Source: Thermoanaerobaculia bacterium
GTDB lineage: Bacteria; Acidobacteriota; Thermoanaerobaculia; UBA5066; Gp7-AA6
DNA: 64,000 nt
Direction of reading: 5' to 3'
Assembly: GCA_036505535.1 (NCBI GenBank)
Contig: DASXTI010000148.1
Coordinates: 19,345 to 83,344 of the forward strand
Notes under the pieces: model-generated
The model's database searches: none
Told to the model about the DNA's origin: nothing
What the model saw: only the letters and a program-made list of their open reading frames with translations
In this document: positions 59,292 through 64,000 of the stretch, one piece after another
How the letters are laid out: each line of letters starts with the position of its first letter
Position numbering within the stretch: position 1 is the stretch's first letter
Translations under genes and position numbers: made by a program

Positions 59292-59738
59292 ATGAAGGCG
59301 CCGTGGGAGAAGTTCTCGTTGCCAGGTACTTCGCCGGCCTACGCGGCCGGGCGCTCGGCGGAGTTCGTGCGGAGGCTGCGCGAGATCTTCGGGCCGTTAG
59401 TCGAGCGTGTGGAAAAGTTCTCGGCCGGGCCGCATGCCTGGCTGATGGCGGAAGTTCCGTCGGAAGGCTCCCTCTCCGCCTTCTTCCGCGACCTCGAGAA
59501 GCGGCTGGAGCCCGCCGGTTCGCTCTGGGTCGTCTTCCCCAAGAAACCCTTCCTCCGAGAGCTCCACTTTCCCTTTCTTTGGCTGGACGTCCAGAAGGCG
59601 GGACTCGCCGCCGGCCTCGTCGACAACAAGATCGCCGCCTTCTCGTCGCGCTTGACCTCGATCCGATTCGTCATCCCGATCGCCCGGCGGCATCAGCACA
59701 GAGAGCGCCGGGGGCGTTTAGAATCCGGATTCCGATGA
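59292..59738 (+). CDS. small conserved protein, DUF3052-like
   Basis: 148 aa. GSLWVVFPKK.....L......VQKAGLAAGLVDNKIAAFSSRLTSIRFVIP resembles the lWv.wPKk...GLVD.K pattern I recall for DUF3052. ATGA overlap with the trmFO start. The competing frame (track 59237..) is R/A/P-rich junk here. Confidence 0.55.
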   Translation: MKAPWEKFSLPGTSPAYAAGRSAEFVRRLREIFGPLVERVEKFSAGPHAWLMAEVPSEGSLSAFFRDLEKRLEPAGSLWVVFPKKPFLRELHFPFLWLDVQKAGLAAGLVDNKIAAFSSRLTSIRFVIPIARRHQHRERRGRLESGFR

Positions 59739-61081
59739 TCGCCCCCTCCGTCTCTATCGTCGGTGCCGGGCTCGCCGGCTCCGAGTGCGCCTGGCAGCTC
59801 GCGCGGCGAGGGCACCGCGTGCGCCTATTCGAGATGCGCCCGAAGGTCGGCACCGCGGCTCACCAGACCGACCGGTGCGCAGAGCTGGTCTGCTCGAACT
59901 CCTTCCGGTCCGACAATCCACGCAACGCCGTCGGTCTCTTGAAGCGCGAAATGGAGGCTCTGGATTCGCTCATCATCCACGCGGCGCGCGCCGCGGCGGT
60001 TCCGGCCGGGGACGCGCTCGCGATGGATCGCCACGTCTTCGCCAATCTCGTGACCGATGCGATCGCGGCCCGTCCCGAGATCGAGCTCGTTCGCGAGGAA
60101 GTCCGCGAGATTCCGGCGGACGGCTATGCCGTGGTGGCGACCGGGCCGCTGACCTCGCCCGCGTTGGACGCCGCGATCCGGGCGCTGCTCGGGACCGATG
60201 ACCTCTACTTCTACGACTCGATGGCTCCCATCGTCGAAGCGTCCTCGCTCGACACCGCGAAGATGTATCCGCTTTCCCGCTACGGCAAAGGGAGAGGGGA
60301 GGACTACTGGAACTGCCCGCTTTCGAAGGATGAGTACGAACGCTTCATCGACGCGCTGCTCTCGGGTCAGACGGTCCCGATCAAGGACTTCGAGAAGGGG
60401 ATCTACTTCGAAGGCTGTCTTCCGATCGAAGTGATGGCCGAGCGCGGGCGAGAGACCCTTCGCCACGGACCGATGAAGCCGATGGGCCTTCCCGATCCGC
60501 GCACGGGGAAGCTTCCCTGGGCGGTCGTCCAGCTGCGCCAGGACGATCTGACCCGGGAGCACTACAACTTGGTCGGCTTCCAGACGAAGTTGAAGATCCC
60601 CGAGCAGCAACGGATCTTCCGCATGATCCCGGGGCTCGAGAATGCGGCGTTCGTCCGGTACGGCATGCTCCACCGCAACACCTACATCCACTCTCCGGCG
60701 CACCTGGACCGGTTCTGGCGGATGCGCCGGGAGCCCAGGATCTTCTTCGCGGGGCAGATCACCGGTGTCGAGGGCTACGTCGAGAGCGCGGCCACCGGCC
60801 TCTCCGTGGGACTGACGCTCGCCCAGATCCTCGAGGGCAGGGATCCTCTTCCCATCCCCTACACGACGGCGATCGGTTCGCTCGCGCGCCACTGCTCGGA
60901 GCGTCCGCCGGCCGAGAAGTTCGAGCCGATGAACGTCACCTTCGGCTTGATCGAGGACAGCTCCCATTCTCCCGTGCGCGACCGTCAAGTCCGCCGTCAG
61001 CGGATGGTGGAGCGGGCACTCGCGGCGATCGAGGAGTGGAAGGAAGCGATCGGGCCTTGCGTTGCGTCACTCGTATCGTGA
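59735..61081 (+). CDS. trmFO: methylenetetrahydrofolate--tRNA-(uracil54-C5)-methyltransferase TrmFO
   Basis: Start reassigned to ATG 59735 (MIAPSVSIVGAGLAGSECAWQLARRG). LVCSNSFR, FAGQITGVEGYVESAATGL. 448 aa. Confidence 0.93.
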   Translation: MIAPSVSIVGAGLAGSECAWQLARRGHRVRLFEMRPKVGTAAHQTDRCAELVCSNSFRSDNPRNAVGLLKREMEALDSLIIHAARAAAVPAGDALAMDRHVFANLVTDAIAARPEIELVREEVREIPADGYAVVATGPLTSPALDAAIRALLGTDDLYFYDSMAPIVEASSLDTAKMYPLSRYGKGRGEDYWNCPLSKDEYERFIDALLSGQTVPIKDFEKGIYFEGCLPIEVMAERGRETLRHGPMKPMGLPDPRTGKLPWAVVQLRQDDLTREHYNLVGFQTKLKIPEQQRIFRMIPGLENAAFVRYGMLHRNTYIHSPAHLDRFWRMRREPRIFFAGQITGVEGYVESAATGLSVGLTLAQILEGRDPLPIPYTTAIGSLARHCSERPPAEKFEPMNVTFGLIEDSSHSPVRDRQVRRQRMVERALAAIEEWKEAIGPCVASLVS

Positions 61082-61097
61082 GCCAAAAAGAGACCGC

Positions 61098-62081
61098 GTG
61101 CTGACCTGGGAGGAGATCGAGAAGGCGCGCAAGCGTCTCGAGGGGGTGGCGCATCGCACGCCGGTCCTGCGCTCGCGGCAGTTCGACGAGGAAGCGGGCG
61201 CGACGGTCTTCTTCAAGGCGGAGAACCTCCAGCGCGGCGGAGCCTTCAAGTTTCGAGGCGCGTACAACAAGATGAAGGCGGAGACCGAGCGTCAGAGAGT
61301 CTCCGCGGTGGTCGCCTTCTCCTCGGGCAATCACGCCCAGGCGGTGGCACTCGTCTCGCGCCTGCTTCACATCCGCGCGATGGTCGTCATGCCTTCCGAC
61401 GCGCCGCGGTCCAAGATCGAAGCGACGCGCGCATACGGGGCCGAAGTCGTCCTGTACGACCGTGCGAGCCAGAGTCGGGACGAGCTGGCCGACCAAATTT
61501 GCCGGGAGCGGGGCGCGGTGCTCGTTCCGCCCTTCGACGACGAGCTCGTCATGGCCGGCGCCGCGACGGGGGCCGTGGAGCTTCTCGAGGAGGTTCCGGA
61601 CTTGGACGCCCTCGTGGTTTGCGTCTCCGGCGGAGGCCTGATCGGCGGCTGGGCGACGGCCGCGCGTCACATGAGGCCGGAGATCACGATCTACGGCGTC
61701 GAGCCCGAAGCCGCCGACGACACGAAACGGTCGCTCGAAGCAGGCGAGCGGGTCGAGGTCGCCGCCAACGCGACGATCGCCGATGGCCTGCGCGTCACCT
61801 CGCCCGGAAGGCTCACGTTTCCGATCGTGCAAGCCAACGTCAAGGAGATCCTTCTCGTCTCCGACGAGGAGATGATCGAGACTCTGACCTGGATGCTCGA
61901 ACGGATGAAGATCTTGGTCGAGCCCTCGGGGGTGGCCGGCGCCGCCGCCGTTCGCCACGGGAAGGCCGATTTCCGCGGTCAGCGGGTGGGCGTCGTTCTC
62001 TCGGGGGGCAACATCGATCTCGCGAGGCTGTCGGAGTATGTCGCGGCGCGCCGCGAGCCCCTGCCTTCGGGAGTGCGATGA
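61098..62081 (+). CDS. PLP-dependent threonine/serine dehydratase family protein (fold type II, no ACT domain)
   Basis: TPVLRSRQFDEEAGATVFFKAENLQRGGAFKFRGAYN (PLP Lys), AFSSGNHAQAVA, VSGGGLIGG. Start set at GTG 61098 just after the trmFO stop. The track start TTG 61062 would overlap trmFO. Confidence 0.85.
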   Translation: MLTWEEIEKARKRLEGVAHRTPVLRSRQFDEEAGATVFFKAENLQRGGAFKFRGAYNKMKAETERQRVSAVVAFSSGNHAQAVALVSRLLHIRAMVVMPSDAPRSKIEATRAYGAEVVLYDRASQSRDELADQICRERGAVLVPPFDDELVMAGAATGAVELLEEVPDLDALVVCVSGGGLIGGWATAARHMRPEITIYGVEPEAADDTKRSLEAGERVEVAANATIADGLRVTSPGRLTFPIVQANVKEILLVSDEEMIETLTWMLERMKILVEPSGVAGAAAVRHGKADFRGQRVGVVLSGGNIDLARLSEYVAARREPLPSGVR

Positions 62082-62902
62082 TGCGGCGGCGCCGCGCCGC
62101 CGTTTTCATCCTCGCCCTTCCGCTCGCGGGACCCTTGCTCGCGCACGACTTCTGGATCGAGCCCTCGAGCTTTCGTCCCGCTGTCGGATCGACTCTCGCC
62201 GTGCGACTGGTCGTTGGCCAGAAGTTTCGGGGTGAGGCGCTTCCGCGCAATCCCGCGATGATCGTCAAGTTCGTCCTGGTCTCGGACGCGGGCGAGAAGC
62301 CGGTCGTCGGCCGCGCCGCGGACGAGCCGGCGGGATCCGTCCGGATCGAGGCGCCGGGACTTCTGCTCCTGGGCTACCGCAGTCTCAACAATCCTCTTTC
62401 GCTCGAGCCGCAGAAGTTCGAAGAGTATCTGCGGGAGGAGGGGCTCGAGAAGATCATCGAGATCCGCCGCCAGCACGGCGACAGCCAGAAGCCTTCCCGC
62501 GAGGTCTTCTCGCGCTGCGCGAAGGCGCTGCTGCGTGCCGGCGAGGGAATAGGGACCGGCTACGACCGGACTCTCGGATTTACCCTCGAGCTCGTTCCGG
62601 AACGAAACCCTTACGCTCTCAAGGCCAACGAGGACCTCCCGGTCAAGATTCTTTACGAAGGAAAGCCACTGGCGGGCGCTCTCGTCGCGGCGCTTTCCTA
62701 TGCCGAGCCGGAAAAAAAGCTTTCCCAGCGCTCCGATAGGAACGGTCGCGTCCGCTTCCGGCTGCCTGGCGAAGGCGTCTGGCTGATAAAGGCCGTGCAC
62801 ATGGTCGAAGCCGCCAAAGGGACCGGCGCCGACTGGCAGAGCCTTTGGGCTTCGTTAACTTTCGAAGTCCCGAGAGCTTCTCCTGTAGGAAAGGCGCCGT
62901 GA
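62078..62902 (+). CDS. DUF4198-family periplasmic protein
   Basis: ATGATG at 62078 overlaps the upstream TGA. MMRRRRAAVFILALPLAGPLLAHDFWIEPSSF is a signal peptide followed by the HDFW opening typical of DUF4198. The track shows this frame only inside a longer junk-prefixed ORF (61499..62902). Confidence 0.7.
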   Translation: MMRRRRAAVFILALPLAGPLLAHDFWIEPSSFRPAVGSTLAVRLVVGQKFRGEALPRNPAMIVKFVLVSDAGEKPVVGRAADEPAGSVRIEAPGLLLLGYRSLNNPLSLEPQKFEEYLREEGLEKIIEIRRQHGDSQKPSREVFSRCAKALLRAGEGIGTGYDRTLGFTLELVPERNPYALKANEDLPVKILYEGKPLAGALVAALSYAEPEKKLSQRSDRNGRVRFRLPGEGVWLIKAVHMVEAAKGTGADWQSLWASLTFEVPRASPVGKAP

Positions 62903-63807
62903 AACGCGCACTCTTTCTCTGCGGGCTTCTTCTGGCCGGCGCCGCCTGCCGCCATCGAGAGGCGCCGATTCCGGCGCGCATTCCGGCGCGACCCATCCTG
63001 ACTCCGCCGCCACCGGTCTCCGCCGCGGCGAAGCGCTATCCGTTGAAAGGCGTCATCACCGCCGTCGCGCCCGCGAAATCCGAGATCACGGTCCAGCATG
63101 GGGAGATCCCCGGCGCCATGCCGGCCATGACGATGTCCTTCCCGGTTCGCGACGACCCGAAGGTCGTGGCTCTCCTTCGTCCGGGCGACCGGGTCGAAGC
63201 GACGCTCGTCGTCGACGGCGACGTCTTCTTCCTAGAGAGGATCCTGACGAAGGGTTTCGTGCGCACACCGACTCCGGGAGGAGCGGGAGCCGTGCGGCCG
63301 GAGCCCAACAGGGGGATCGCCGTCGGCGAGGCCGTCCCCGATTTCGCCCTGACCGATCAGACGGGCAAGCCGGTGCGCCTTTCGCAGTTTCGAGGAGAGC
63401 CGGTGGCGGTGACGTTCGTCTACACGCGTTGCCCCGTCGCGACGGCCTGCCCGATGACGATGGCCAAGTTCTCGCGGTTGAGCGCGGCGCTGAAGAAGGC
63501 AAGGTTCGGGGTTCTGCTCGCGATCACCGTCGACCCCCAAGACGATACGACGGCGGTGCTGAAAGACTACGCCTCGAAGGTCGGAGCCGACCCGGCGCAA
63601 TGGAAGTTCTTGACGGGGGATCCGGCGGCGGTCGCGCGCGTGGCGGAAACGTTCGGCGTCCTCTACTACCCGGAGCGGGGGCAGATCATTCATTCGCAGA
63701 CCGTGGCGGTCGTGGACCCCAAGGGGCGTCTGGCGACGATCTATTTCGGAGAGAGATGGGAGCCGGAGATGGTTCTCCAGGAGCTAGAGAAAGCGAGGAA
63801 GGGATGA
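62899..63807 (+). CDS. lipoprotein: CusF-like metal-binding beta domain fused to a SCO1/SenC thioredoxin-fold copper chaperone
   Basis: GTG 62899 in a GTGA overlap. VKRALFLCGLLLAGAAC (lipobox). KGVITAVAPAKSEITVQHGEIPGAMPAMTMSFPV (CusF-like M-rich motif). PDFALTDQTGKPVRLSQFRGEPVAVTFVYTRCPVATACP...H (SCO-like). Confidence 0.8.
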   Translation: MKRALFLCGLLLAGAACRHREAPIPARIPARPILTPPPPVSAAAKRYPLKGVITAVAPAKSEITVQHGEIPGAMPAMTMSFPVRDDPKVVALLRPGDRVEATLVVDGDVFFLERILTKGFVRTPTPGGAGAVRPEPNRGIAVGEAVPDFALTDQTGKPVRLSQFRGEPVAVTFVYTRCPVATACPMTMAKFSRLSAALKKARFGVLLAITVDPQDDTTAVLKDYASKVGADPAQWKFLTGDPAAVARVAETFGVLYYPERGQIIHSQTVAVVDPKGRLATIYFGERWEPEMVLQELEKARKG

Positions 63808-64000
63808 GGAAGACCAGGCTTCTCGGTGCCCTCGTGTTTGGTTTGATCGGCGGACTCGCCGCGTCGCTCTACGCCAGGCAGGAACATCCCTCGGAGCTCT
63901 TCAAGCAGTACTGCGCCAAGTGTCACGGCGAGGACGGCAAGGGACAGACGCCGAAGGGCAAGCAGCTGAAGGCGCGCGACTTCACGGACGCGGAGTGGCA
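63804..64000 (+). CDS. c-type cytochrome (partial, continues past the window end)
   Basis: ATG 63804 in an ATGA overlap. MRKTRLLGALVFGLIGGLAASLYA (TM/signal) then ELFKQYCAKCHGEDGKG (CxxCH haem motif). Confidence 0.75.
   Translation, partial: MRKTRLLGALVFGLIGGLAASLYARQEHPSELFKQYCAKCHGEDGKGQTPKGKQLKARDFTDAEW

Overview
GC-rich bacterial chromosome segment (about two-thirds G+C by eye, not computed) spanning the replication-origin neighbourhood. No tools were run; all family calls are motif recognition by eye. The core is the classic origin gene set. On the minus strand: rpmH-rnpA-yidD-yidC-jag-mnmE, mnmG-rsmG-parA-parB-bactofilin, and an F-type ATP synthase operon (b'-b-delta-alpha-gamma-beta-epsilon, with no a or c subunit genes). 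On the plus strand: dnaA-dnaN-recF-gyrB-gyrA. Gene orientation flips at about 31.3 kb, and DnaA-box-like motifs flank dnaA. Further right are a transaldolase-like pseudoenzyme, a MocR/PdxR-like regulator with pdxS-pdxT, a crotonase, and an NAT-like fusion. Then come an operon ending in a peptidase-MA + PD40 propeller + Omp85-barrel fusion protein, dprA-topA, a coupled methyltransferase-GT2-radical SAM-radical SAM cassette, trmFO, and a dehydratase-DUF4198-SCO1-cytochrome c operon. The left 11 kb is a cell-envelope glycan island. It holds a 1527-aa pyruvyltransferase + GT1 + GT2 + GT1 fusion, three large polytopic membrane proteins (two GT-C/PMT-like, one with an IPT/TIG tail) and a methyltransferase. 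I saw no rRNA, tRNA, CRISPR array, transposase, integrase or phage genes. The least explained signal is non-coding: at least 10 intergenic spacers hold hairpin-like elements whose arms are tandem degenerate heptanucleotides, in three sequence families. There is also a GC-rich REP-like motif (2 loci) and a 32-bp AT-rich palindrome. Many gene pairs overlap as ATGA/GTGA, and many genes use GTG or TTG starts. Several ORF-track entries are over-extended at the 5' end or are antisense artefacts of the high GC content.
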